A stretch of DNA of 64,000 bases, from contig JAKACP010000001.1 of assembly GCA_021821305.1 (NCBI GenBank), forward strand, positions 748,421 to 812,420, read 5' to 3'. The position numbers were made by a program, and so were the translations under genes. The notes under the pieces were generated by a model, which worked only from the letters and a program-made list of their open reading frames with translations, was not told the DNA's origin and did no database searches. The stretch is from a bacterium. Lineage in GTDB: Bacteria > Patescibacteriota > Minisyncoccia > Moranbacterales > UBA1568. Below are positions 8,862 to 19,000 of this stretch, in pieces. The first letter of the stretch is position 1. Each line of letters opens with the position of its first letter.

Positions 8862-9773
8862 TCAGAAGAACGATTCCCTCGAGTATCCGCGGCTCTCGAG
8901 ATGCTTCCGGAGCGCCAGCTTCGAGCGGGCGATGCGGCCCTGTGCCACGACAACCGAAATCCCATGCTCGCGGGAGACATCCGCCACGGATTCGTCGCCC
9001 GCACAGCATTCACGTACGATCGAACCCGAAATCGGATTGAGCGATGTCCGTATCGTGTCATCGAGGATCCCGCGCAATTCGGCGCGATACCGCTCCTCCT
9101 CCGGGGACACCCCTTCGTCGGGGAAGAATTCCTCGAGTTCGGAATATTCGCCGCAGTGGTCCGGAACAACGATTGGAGCATTGGACGAGACCGCTTCCGA
9201 CGCGAGACTTCTCAGCCTGATCGCCTTGTCGGCGGTGACGCCGAGCCGATCGGCGATTTCCCGGATACCGGGTCGTCGCATGCTTTCGCGTTCCAAAGCG
9301 GATACGGCCCGAGCATACTTGCCGAGATCCTTCTCGACATTGACGGGATACCGGACGACCCGACCTTCTTCCATCGCCGCCTTCCGCATGGACATCTCTA
9401 TCCATCGATAGGCGTACGTCGAGAGCCGGCTCCCGTACTTTTCCGGATCGAACCGGCCGATCGCCTCGAGGAGACCGACGTTTCCGGCCTGAACGAGGTC
9501 ATGGATCGTCAGCGTGAATATCGGATTCTTTTTGGAAAACGATCGCGCGCATGCGACGACGAGCCGGAGATTCCTGACACAGAGCTCCTGTTTCGCATCC
9601 TCGTCCCCGCGGAACACACGGAAGAGAAGATCGCGTTCCTCCTGCCGGGAGGGCACATCATGACGCTTGATCCGTGACAGATACCACGAGAACGAGTCTT
9701 CGTCCATCGCATCGTTTTTCCCGCTACCGGATGGTCGGTCGTGGTCGCCCCAAGCGTCCATGGCAAATTCCAT
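8862..9773 (-). CDS. alternative sigma-70 family sigma factor (regions 2, 3 and 4; group 3-like)
   Basis: DLVQAGNVGLLEAIGRFDP...STYAYRWI (region 2) and ISVVVAQGRIARSKLALRKHL (region 4 HTH). AAGGAG SD 6 nt before the ATG at 9773. Confidence 0.85.
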   Translation of the reverse strand: MEFAMDAWGDHDRPSGSGKNDAMDEDSFSWYLSRIKRHDVPSRQEERDLLFRVFRGDEDAKQELCVRNLRLVVACARSFSKKNPIFTLTIHDLVQAGNVGLLEAIGRFDPEKYGSRLSTYAYRWIEMSMRKAAMEEGRVVRYPVNVEKDLGKYARAVSALERESMRRPGIREIADRLGVTADKAIRLRSLASEAVSSNAPIVVPDHCGEYSELEEFFPDEGVSPEEERYRAELRGILDDTIRTSLNPISGSIVRECCAGDESVADVSREHGISVVVAQGRIARSKLALRKHLESRGYSRESFF

Positions 9774-9915
9774 CGTATTCTCCTTTTCGATTTTCAAGTG
9801 AACAAAAAACCGCCCCACACGTCAGGGACGGATTCCGAGAGTACCATGGAAACGGGTCCCTGTCAATGGCCCGTGAAACCCCTCCGAAAAGCCGAAGGAT
9901 GCGCCTCGGCGCGGC

Positions 9916-12486
9916 TCAAGCCTTCCTCAAGGCTTTCTTCAGGTATCTCCCCGTATGTGATGTCCCGCTCCGCGCCACCTCCTCGGGCGTACCATGCGCC
10001 ACGACCCGGCCGCCGCCGACCCCGCCCTCCGGGCCGATGTCGATCACGTAGTCGGCCGACTTGATGAAATCCATGTTGTGCTCGATGACGAGCACGGTAT
10101 TGCCCTTGGCGACAAGCGTGTCGAGTATCTCGAGGAGCTTCTTCACGTCCTCGTAGTGGAGACCGATGGTCGGCTCGTCGAGGAGGTAGATGGTCCGCTC
10201 CGTATGCTGACGGTAGAGTTCGCTCGCGATCTTGACCCGCTGGGCCTCGCCGCCGGAGAGCGTCGTGGCCGACTGGCCGAGCTCGAGATATCCGAGGCCG
10301 ACCTCATTGAGCGTCTTCAACCGATCGGCGATGGCGGGAATGTCCTTGAAGAAGACGTGCGCCTCCTCGATCGTCATCGACAGGACATCCGCCACATCCC
10401 TGTCCTTGTATTCTATCTCGAGCGTCTCCTTGGTGAACCGTTTTCCCTGGCAGACGTCGCACGGCACGTATACCGTCGGGAGGAAGTGCATCTCGACCGC
10501 GATGAAACCGTTGCCCTCGCAGGTCTCACAGCGTCCGCCGGGACGGTTGAAGGAGAATCGGCCGGCCTTCCACCCGCGCACCCGCGCTTCCTCGGTCGAC
10601 GCGAAGAGATCACGGATATGCGTCCACGCGCCGGTATAGGTCGCCGGATTGGAACGCGGCGTCCGGCCGATCGGGCTCTGGTCGATCAGGACCGCGCGGG
10701 AGAGATACTCCGAACCGGCGAAGCTCGTGCAGTTGAACGTCTCGTTCGAACGATACCGCCGGTCGAAGCGCGCCTGGAGATTCTTGTGCACGATCTCGTA
10801 GAGGAGCGACGATTTGCCCGAACCGGACACCCCGGTGATCACGTCGAACCGTCCGAGCGGGATATCGACGTTCATGTTCTTTATATTGAAGACGGCGCCC
10901 CCGCGGATTTTCAGCTCGCCCTTGTCGCCCGAACGGCGCTTTGGCACCGGTATCGACGTCTCGCCGCGCAGATAGGAGAGCGTCAGCGATTTCGAGACGT
11001 TCTTCGTCGCGGTCAAAAGCTCCTCGAGCCATCCGGACACGACGACCTCGCCGCCATGCACTCCCGCGCCCGGACCGATATCGACAATATAGTCGGAAGC
11101 GAAGATCGTGTCCTCGTCGTGCTCGACGACGATGATGGTGTTGCCGAGGTCGCGCAGGTCGCGCAGGGTCGCGATCAGCCGGTCGTTGTCCCGGCTGTGG
11201 AGACCGATGGTCGGCTCGTCGAGGACATAGAGTGCACCGACGAGCTGACTGCCGAGCTGGGAGGCGAGCCGGATGCGCTGGGCCTCGCCGCCGGAGAGCG
11301 TGTTCGCCCGCCGATCGAGTGTGAGGTAATCGAGGCCCACATTGAGGAGGAACGACAGGCGGTTGCCTATCTCGCGGAAGACGACCGCGGCGATCTGCCG
11401 CTCGCGCTCCGAGAGTTCCAATGTTTCGAAGAAATCATACGCGTCGCGAGTCGTCATCGCGGAAAGCTCGACGATGTTTTTCCCGCCCACCTTCACGTGA
11501 AGCGCTTCCTCGCGGAGCCGGGACCCATGACATACCGGGCACGGTTCGCCGCCGAAGAAGTGCTTGGTCCCGAGACCGTTGCAGGCGGCGCAGGCGCCGT
11601 AGGGCGAGTTGAAGGAAAAGAGACGCGGCTCGATTTCCGGATAGGAAAATCCGTCGTAGGCGCAGGAATATTTCGAGGAGAATATCCGCGGCTTGCCGTC
11701 GAGCACGATCCGCAACAGGCCGTCGCCCTCCTCGAGCGCGCGATCGACCGCCTCGCGGAGCCGTTCGGCGCTGGTCTGCGGGAACTGGTCGAACTCGCGG
11801 ATCGGTATCTCATCGACGATGAGATCGATATCGTGTTTCTTGTTCTTCGAAAGGACGATCTGCTCCCGCAGGCTCTTGCGTTCCCCGTCGAGGAGTATTT
11901 CCGAAAATCCCCTGCCGAGCGCATCGTAGAGCAGCTGGTAATATTCCCCTTTGCGGCCGCGGACGACGGGCGCCGCGAGCAGGATCGTAGCCTTGGCGGG
12001 GCGGCTCTTTTTCGTAGAGAATCCCTTCACCGCGTCTTCCACGAGCCGGAGCATCTCGTCGGGAGCGAGCTTCTCGATCGGCCGGCCGCATTCGAGACAG
12101 TGCGGCTTACCGAGCCGGGCGAAGAGCACGCGCAGATAGTCGTAGATCTCGGTCACCGTGGCGACCGTCGAGCGCGGGTTACGGCTCGCGGATTTCTGAT
12201 CGATGGAGATGGCGGGCGACAGGCCGGCGATCTCATCCACGTCCGGCTTCTGCATGGTATTCAAGAACTGCCGGGCATACGCGGAGAGCGACTCGACATA
12301 CCGGCGCTGTCCCTCGGCGAATATCGTATCGAACGCGAGCGACGACTTCCCGGAACCCGAAAGACCCGTGAACACGATCATGCGGTTCCGGGGCATCTTC
12401 ACGGTGATATTCTTGAGATTGTGCGTCCGGGCTCCCTTGACGACGATCCAGTCGGAGGGGGTCGGCGAGGCTTTTTTCGCGGTCAT
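9916..12486 (-). CDS. UvrA paralog (second excinuclease ABC subunit A-like protein, 856 aa)
   Basis: TGLSGSGKSSLAFDTIFAEGQRRY and LSGGEAQR twice, Cys4 zinc fingers, N-terminus VVKGARTHNLKNI. Start at MTAKKA (12486). Confidence 0.85.
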   Translation of the reverse strand: MTAKKASPTPSDWIVVKGARTHNLKNITVKMPRNRMIVFTGLSGSGKSSLAFDTIFAEGQRRYVESLSAYARQFLNTMQKPDVDEIAGLSPAISIDQKSASRNPRSTVATVTEIYDYLRVLFARLGKPHCLECGRPIEKLAPDEMLRLVEDAVKGFSTKKSRPAKATILLAAPVVRGRKGEYYQLLYDALGRGFSEILLDGERKSLREQIVLSKNKKHDIDLIVDEIPIREFDQFPQTSAERLREAVDRALEEGDGLLRIVLDGKPRIFSSKYSCAYDGFSYPEIEPRLFSFNSPYGACAACNGLGTKHFFGGEPCPVCHGSRLREEALHVKVGGKNIVELSAMTTRDAYDFFETLELSERERQIAAVVFREIGNRLSFLLNVGLDYLTLDRRANTLSGGEAQRIRLASQLGSQLVGALYVLDEPTIGLHSRDNDRLIATLRDLRDLGNTIIVVEHDEDTIFASDYIVDIGPGAGVHGGEVVVSGWLEELLTATKNVSKSLTLSYLRGETSIPVPKRRSGDKGELKIRGGAVFNIKNMNVDIPLGRFDVITGVSGSGKSSLLYEIVHKNLQARFDRRYRSNETFNCTSFAGSEYLSRAVLIDQSPIGRTPRSNPATYTGAWTHIRDLFASTEEARVRGWKAGRFSFNRPGGRCETCEGNGFIAVEMHFLPTVYVPCDVCQGKRFTKETLEIEYKDRDVADVLSMTIEEAHVFFKDIPAIADRLKTLNEVGLGYLELGQSATTLSGGEAQRVKIASELYRQHTERTIYLLDEPTIGLHYEDVKKLLEILDTLVAKGNTVLVIEHNMDFIKSADYVIDIGPEGGVGGGRVVAHGTPEEVARSGTSHTGRYLKKALRKA

Positions 12487-12611
12487 ATGGTCACGACATT
12501 GTACGGTGCAACGGGCAAAAGGGCAAGGGGCGATCTCCGCCCCGCTCTTGTGCTTTCCGCCGGAAAGCCGTATGTTCATGGTATCGTTCTTTGACGAAGA
12601 AAGGGAAAGCC

Positions 12612-13118
12612 ATGTCGGACGACCTCTATATCCTCGCGGCGACCGCCACGAAACGAAACGGGCTGGTGGTGGAACGGAACATCATCCTCGAATTCATCCT
12701 CGCCGATTCCAAGGAACAGGCGATCAAGCAAGGAGGCCGCCATATCCTCGAACGACGCTTCCCGCCTGCGGTCTGGTGCGACCCGATACTCAGGACGGAA
12801 AGCATCCCCCTCCCCCGCATACAGTGGTACCGGAAAGAGCTCAGGGTCCGTGATGATTCGCTTACGCGGCTCACCTTCCTCTGGGCGTACGCCATCTTCT
12901 ACCACGAATCGTCCTCACTCGAGTGCGGCACGGTCATAGCCCAGACCAAGCAGGCCGCCGAAGAAGGCATCATGCGCGGACCGGGAAAATACACCCGTGG
13001 ACGGAAGGACTTTTCCGTGGAAAAGATCCCCTCGAGGCTCATACTTCCCCGGCCGTCAGGGCATGAGGATCCCGCGGAAACTCTCCGGAAAAAATTCGCC
13101 CTCATGACGGACAAGTGA
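12612..13118 (+). CDS. hypothetical protein (168 aa)
   Basis: GAAAGGGAAAG SD before the ATG at 12612. Strong terminator directly after the stop. Confidence 0.5.
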   Translation: MSDDLYILAATATKRNGLVVERNIILEFILADSKEQAIKQGGRHILERRFPPAVWCDPILRTESIPLPRIQWYRKELRVRDDSLTRLTFLWAYAIFYHESSSLECGTVIAQTKQAAEEGIMRGPGKYTRGRKDFSVEKIPSRLILPRPSGHEDPAETLRKKFALMTDK

Positions 13119-13124
13119 AAGACC

Positions 13125-13158
13125 CGCCCCGACGAACATTCGTCGGGGCGTTTTTCTT
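13125..13158 (+). terminator. Rho-independent terminator
   Basis: 12-bp perfect stem cgccccgacgaa / ttcgtcggggcg with 3-nt loop, followed by TTTTT. Confidence 0.7.
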
Positions 13159-13259
13159 TATGATGATACCTGCACCTGACTCGTGGACAAAGCATGACGC
13201 CTCGGCGAAATGTCGAGGCGTCGTGTGTTCGATTCCGAAAATACCGTCCGCACGGTCCC

Positions 13260-14144
13260 CTACTCGTTCGTATCGGTCTCGGTCTCGACGGATGCTCCGA
13301 ATACCGTCCGGAGTTTCGTCCGCGCTTCTTCCGCGGTCTTCCGGAAAGTTTCCATCGCCGACTTGATCGCCGCGTTCTTGGCCGCCGCAAGTGCCTTCAC
13401 ATCCTCACCGATACCGACAACCGACTTCCGGGTATCCTGCAGATCGCCGCGCGCGTCCTTCATGGCATCCATGAAAACGCTCCGGACGGCTTTTGGATCG
13501 GGGTTCTCCCCTTCGCAGGAGCTCTTCGCATCCGCGATCGCCTTGTCATATGCGGTCTTGAAAGACGCCGCGGCATCATCGGCGCCGGTCTTCTTGCCCG
13601 CTACCAGCTTGTCGACTTCGGTACGGAAGGTCGAAAGCGCGGCATCCACCGCGGCGCGACGGGTCGCGACCGCCTGCTCCATCGTGGCTTTGAATTCGGC
13701 TATGGCGGCCCGTTCCGCATCGGTGTCGGCCTTGGCAGAGAGCTCATCATACCATTCCGCCCGCTTGGCATCCTGCTCGGCCCGGGTCTCATCGAGCTTC
13801 GCGTCGCGATTCTTCCGACGCTCATCGGCTTTACCGAAGCGGTCGGAACGCTTTTCCATCGCATTCTGATACCGCTCCGTGAGCCGGTTCTTCTGCTCCT
13901 CCATGTTGGAGACGAATCGGGTACAGAACTGTTGCTGGCGCTCATCCTGCGCCTCCTCGCGCTTCTGTACCATCTCGGCCTTGCGCTCCTCCATCGCCGC
14001 CTGACGATTTTCTATCTTTTCTTTCGCCTGTTCGGCGCGATCCTTCGCTTCAGGCCAGAGTGCCGACGCCGGCGAGACGGCCACGCCGAACACCGCCACG
14101 GCGGAAATGATCGAGACGAAACCCTTAGTATGTGCTCTCATCAT
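13260..14144 (-). CDS. secreted coiled-coil protein (signal peptide; charged A/E/K/R-rich helical repeats)
   Basis: MMRAHTKGFVSIISAVAVFGVAVSPASA signal peptide, then a long low-complexity helical region. Overlaps the upstream gene's stop by 20 nt. Confidence 0.5.
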   Translation of the reverse strand: MMRAHTKGFVSIISAVAVFGVAVSPASALWPEAKDRAEQAKEKIENRQAAMEERKAEMVQKREEAQDERQQQFCTRFVSNMEEQKNRLTERYQNAMEKRSDRFGKADERRKNRDAKLDETRAEQDAKRAEWYDELSAKADTDAERAAIAEFKATMEQAVATRRAAVDAALSTFRTEVDKLVAGKKTGADDAAASFKTAYDKAIADAKSSCEGENPDPKAVRSVFMDAMKDARGDLQDTRKSVVGIGEDVKALAAAKNAAIKSAMETFRKTAEEARTKLRTVFGASVETETDTNE

Positions 14145-14454
14145 ATGTTTCGTTAAGTTCATCAAGCGATTTAACTTCCTCTTCGTTGGCCGCGGCCTCG
14201 GCCGCCACCTCCGTGTCGAACGCCCGCTCCTCGTCGGCGAGCTGGGCGTCGATCGCCAGCATGACGTCTTCCGGTGTCTGTGGTTTGGCGACCACCTCCG
14301 GAACGTTCTGCCCGGGCGCGCTCTTGGGCAGAGGAGCGTTCATCGTCGTAGGCGCGGATGCCGGCTTGGCGGCATATTGCGCGTAGACGACCACGAACAG
14401 TCCGAGCACCGCGACGATACCGAGTCCGGCGATCGCCGATTGCTTGTTATCCAT
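14125..14454 (-). CDS. small membrane-anchored protein (109 aa, single N-terminal TM)
   Basis: IAGLGIVAVLGLFVVVYA hydrophobic segment. Translationally coupled with the 13260..14144 gene. Confidence 0.45.
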   Translation of the reverse strand: MDNKQSAIAGLGIVAVLGLFVVVYAQYAAKPASAPTTMNAPLPKSAPGQNVPEVVAKPQTPEDVMLAIDAQLADEERAFDTEVAAEAAANEEEVKSLDELNETYDESTY

Positions 14455-14631
14455 ATTGCGTGATGTTTTTGTGGGTTATCCTTCGGTCTCGGGAAGGCCG
14501 ACCATGCTCCCCGCAGACACACCGATTATACCACGTATCCTATTTGACGAAAACGGTCGGAAATGTTTTCATTCCGGCGAGAGGGAAGCCCTCTTTTTTT
14601 GTCCCTGAACAATCGAAAAAAGGAGTCTTGA

Positions 14632-15498
<867 letters not shown>

Positions 15499-15563
15499 AC
15501 CCCGCCCGGCCTCCCATCGCGGAGCCGAATATCTTTTCCGAAACATCCGCAAAAGGAGATACG

Positions 15564-15743
15564 ATGAAAGGCCTCGATATACGGCTGAAAAACGGAAGCG
15601 CGAAAAAAGGACCGGAGGCCACGATACAGGTGGCTCTCAACGGAAAGGTGTTGAAGACGATCGTCGCGGACATCCGCCAGGTGCCAGGTGCGGACGGAAC
15701 GGTCCGTTCCGTCATCAAGCTTATGCGACAGCGACAAAAATGA
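15564..15743 (+). CDS. small basic hypothetical protein (59 aa) downstream of thyA
   Basis: AAAGGAG SD 6 nt before the ATG at 15564. Below the ORF-track length cutoff. Terminator follows. Confidence 0.4.
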   Translation: MKGLDIRLKNGSAKKGPEATIQVALNGKVLKTIVADIRQVPGADGTVRSVIKLMRQRQK

Positions 15744-15748
15744 ACCAC

Positions 15749-15784
15749 CCTCCCCTGCCAAACGGCAGTGGGAGGATTTTTTTA
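15749..15784 (+). terminator. Rho-independent terminator after thyA operon
   Basis: cctcccctgcc-aaac-ggcagtgggagg hairpin followed by T7. Confidence 0.6.
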
Positions 15785-15912
15785 TCACGTGAACGGAAAA
15801 TCCCCGCGAAGAAATTTCAGCGACCGTTCAATTCCGATTGAGGAAGTCGAAATTTTTTTCGCGAGGATTTTCCATCTTTCAGAAAGTCTTCGCTTGTGCG
15901 AATATTTCCAGG

Positions 15913-17943
15913 TCACTTCTTTTTCGCGGATCCCGAACGCCGTTCCTCGAGCGCGCGAATCTCGTCTCGCAGGATCGCGGCCGTCTCGAAATCGAGGAGT
16001 TTCACCGCCGCCTTCATCTCCCGTTCCTTCCGCCGGATGACCCGATCGGGATGTTCGGCGAACCCGACCGCGTCGAGCGCGAGGGATACCTTCACCGCCT
16101 TGTCATGTTCGCTCTCGAGCTGTTCGGTGATGTCGTGAATGTTCTTCTCGATCGTGGCCGGCGTGATGCCGTGCTCGGCGTTGTACGCGAGCTGTCTTGT
16201 CCGCCGCCTTGCGGTCTCGCCGATCGCGCGTTCCATGGAGTCGGTCACGGTGTCGGCATAGAGCGTGACGCGTCCCGAGACGTTTCGGGCGGCACGGCCG
16301 ATGATCTGTATGAGCGAAGTCTCGGACCGCAGGAATCCTTCCTTGTCGGCGTCGAGCACGCCGATGAAGGTCACCTCCGGCAGGTCGAGTCCTTCGCGGA
16401 GGAGGTTCACGCCGACGATACAGTCGAACGTACCCTTGCGGAATTCGGTCAGGATCTTGATACGCTCGATGGTCTTGATGTCGCTGTGGAGATATTCCGC
16501 CTTCATGCCCTTTTCCTTGAGGTAGCGCGAGAGGTCCTCGGCCATGCGTTTGGTGAGGGTCGTCGCGATGACGCGGCCGCCTCGGGACACCTCGAGTTCC
16601 GCCTCGCGGATGAAGTCGCCGATCTGGCCCGGGTAAACGCCCGCCTCGCGGATCGGACGGACGGTGATTTCCGGATCGACGAGTCCCGTCGGACGGATCA
16701 CCTGCTCGACGATATTGCCGCTCACCTCACGCTCGTACTCCGCCGGTGTCGCCGAGGTGAAGATCACGCTTCCGACGCGTTCGTCGAATTCCTCGAACCG
16801 CAGCGGCCGGTTGTCGAGCGCGGAAGGCAGGCGGAATCCGTATTCGACGAGGTTCTTCTTGCGGGCCTGGTCGCCCGCGTACATGCCACGGATCTGCGGC
16901 ACCGTCACGTGCGATTCGTCGATGATGGTCAGGAAATCGGGCGTACCGTCGGGGAGGTGCGGGAAATAGTCGAGGAGCGTCTCGGGCGGCGCGCCCGGTT
17001 CGCGGAGGGAGAGCTGGCGGGAATAGTTCTCGATGCCGTTGCAATATCCGATCTCGGCCATCATCGCGAGGTCGTAGTTCGTCCGGCGTTTGAGCCGCTC
17101 CGCTTCGAGCGGCTTGCCCTCGCCCGCGAATTTCGCGAGCTGTTCCTCGAGTTCGGCGCGGATGTTCGCGATCGCGGTCTCCTGTTTCGCCTTGTCGGTG
17201 ATGAAGTGCTTGGCCGGAAAGAGGAATATCGCGGGAGGGGTGCCGAGGATCTTCTGCGTGACCGGATCGATCTTGGTGATGGCACCGAGCGTCTCTCCCG
17301 AAATCTCGAGGAGGTAGACGGACTTCTCGGATATCGGCATGACCTCGACGCGGTTGCCGATGGCCCGGAACGTCCCCGGGGCGAGGTCCGCGTTCGTCCG
17401 CTCGAAGAAGATGGAGACCAGGGAACGGAGGAGCTCCGTCCGCGAACACCGCGCCCCGACCTCGAGCCTGAGGTTCTCCTTCTCGTATTCCGCGGGACTG
17501 CCGAGCCCGTAGATGCACGAGACCGACGCGACGATGATCGTGTCGCGACGGGTGAGGAGCGACTGCGTCGACGCGTGCCGCAGGCGGTCGATCTCGGCGT
17601 TGATCTGCGCGTCCTTCTCGATGTAGGTGTCGGTGATCGGCATGTACGCTTCCGGCTGGTAGTAGTCGTAGTAGGAGACGAAATAGTGCACGGCGTTGTC
17701 CGGGAAGAACGCCTGGTACTCCTGCGCGAGCTGTGCGGCGAGCGTCTTGTTGTGCGCGATGACGAGCGTCGGCTTGCCATGGGCGGCGATGACGTTGGCC
17801 GCGGTGAACGTCTTGCCGGAGCCGGTCACGCCGAGGAGCGTCTGGCGTGGCACACCGCGGGATAGCCCGTCCAAGAGGGAGGCGATAGCGACCGGCTGAT
17901 CGCCGGCAGGCTCATATGGGGACTGAAGGTTGAAGACGGACAT
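15913..17943 (-). CDS. uvrB: excinuclease ABC subunit B (UvrB)
   Basis: LLGVTGSGKTFT Walker A, beta-hairpin/helicase motifs. Start at MSVFNLQSPYEPAGDQP (17943), preceded by TTGTGT-17-TATAAA only 4 nt upstream (leaderless). Confidence 0.95.
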   Translation of the reverse strand: MSVFNLQSPYEPAGDQPVAIASLLDGLSRGVPRQTLLGVTGSGKTFTAANVIAAHGKPTLVIAHNKTLAAQLAQEYQAFFPDNAVHYFVSYYDYYQPEAYMPITDTYIEKDAQINAEIDRLRHASTQSLLTRRDTIIVASVSCIYGLGSPAEYEKENLRLEVGARCSRTELLRSLVSIFFERTNADLAPGTFRAIGNRVEVMPISEKSVYLLEISGETLGAITKIDPVTQKILGTPPAIFLFPAKHFITDKAKQETAIANIRAELEEQLAKFAGEGKPLEAERLKRRTNYDLAMMAEIGYCNGIENYSRQLSLREPGAPPETLLDYFPHLPDGTPDFLTIIDESHVTVPQIRGMYAGDQARKKNLVEYGFRLPSALDNRPLRFEEFDERVGSVIFTSATPAEYEREVSGNIVEQVIRPTGLVDPEITVRPIREAGVYPGQIGDFIREAELEVSRGGRVIATTLTKRMAEDLSRYLKEKGMKAEYLHSDIKTIERIKILTEFRKGTFDCIVGVNLLREGLDLPEVTFIGVLDADKEGFLRSETSLIQIIGRAARNVSGRVTLYADTVTDSMERAIGETARRRTRQLAYNAEHGITPATIEKNIHDITEQLESEHDKAVKVSLALDAVGFAEHPDRVIRRKEREMKAAVKLLDFETAAILRDEIRALEERRSGSAKKK

Positions 17944-18100
17944 ACTTTTATAGAGACACAAAACACGGAACACAAACATCCAAACCAACTGAAGTTAATC
18001 CTTTTAATTTTTTGTTTTTGGTTTTGTTTGGCTTTTTGCGCTTTGGGTTTTGTGTTTTCTTGAAAAGACTCTTCCGCACCGTCCCTGACACCACTGCCAC
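17944..18100. repeat. intergenic imperfect-palindromic repeat, copy A (AAAACACAAA ... TTTGTTTGGCTTTTTGCGCTTTGGGTTTTGTGTTTT)
   Basis: Shares a ~45-nt core and inverted AAAACAC/GTGTTTT arms with the copies at 40811 and 51141. Sits between the DedA stop and the uvrB start. Confidence 0.7.
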
Positions 18101-18744
18101 AGCCATATCCCCCGCTTGCGATGATACCAGAGCAGGAACAGGAGGGCGACGAACGAGACGGCGATCGTGATATCGGCATAGTACTTGAGCCCGATCACGG
18201 TATGGAAGAATTTCCGCAGGGCGACGATGCCAGTATACCCGATGAGGAGATAGACGAAGTCCTTGAGGAAGTTGCCGAGAAAGGTCGCGATGAGGAAGGT
18301 GCGCTTCGACATCTTGATGACGCCGGCGGCGATCGATATCGGCGCGGTCGGGAGGAACGGGACGAGGCGGAGCGAGAAGAGGATCAATCCGTCCTTCCAG
18401 TGACCGGTGAATTTCGCGCCGATGCTCTCGATTCCCGCGTGCGTCACGCCGAAGAACCGCCCGATCTTCCTCACCGCGAAGTCTTCCATCTTGTCCCCGA
18501 GCACGTAGTAGAAGAACGACCCGATGATCTTTCCCGCATTGCCGATGACGGACAACCAGACGAGGAAAAGGAGCGTCTTGGCATCCGCCGCCGCGAGCGA
18601 CCCGGCAAGCCCCATGATGAGGGTCGATGGGATCGGACTGATCACTTCCTCGAGAAACGACCCGATGAACACGAACGCTTCGAGCGGAACCGTCTGGGAA
18701 AACGCTTGGAGCCACGATTCGACGATCGCAAGGATATTCATCAT
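18004..18744 (-). CDS. DedA/VTT-domain family membrane protein; C-terminal ~35 aa tail encoded by repeat copy A
   Basis: Typical DedA core (GSFLEEVISPIP...LRLVPFLP...). After ...LLFLLWYHRKRG the frame continues through the repeat, giving a K/T/Q-rich tail to the stop at 18004. Confidence 0.8.
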   Translation of the reverse strand: MMNILAIVESWLQAFSQTVPLEAFVFIGSFLEEVISPIPSTLIMGLAGSLAAADAKTLLFLVWLSVIGNAGKIIGSFFYYVLGDKMEDFAVRKIGRFFGVTHAGIESIGAKFTGHWKDGLILFSLRLVPFLPTAPISIAAGVIKMSKRTFLIATFLGNFLKDFVYLLIGYTGIVALRKFFHTVIGLKYYADITIAVSFVALLFLLWYHRKRGIWLWQWCQGRCGRVFSRKHKTQSAKSQTKPKTKN

Positions 18745-19000
18745 ACCGGACCAGTATACCATGTGCAAGCCGTGCTGTCGGCCCCGCGGTCACGGCGGAA
18801 CTGAGGTGAGGACGGGAAAAATGAAGAGCCGCCCGGAATGTTTCCGTGCGGCTTTATTTGGTTGCAGCGAGAGCCCGTCACCGGCATTATCACGACCTTG
18901 TGAGTCGGATACGGGCCTATTAAGCCCGGTCTAGAACAGTGGATTTCTCCGACACTCGCTGCAACTGGAATATTATACCACTTATTTAAATATAAGTCAA

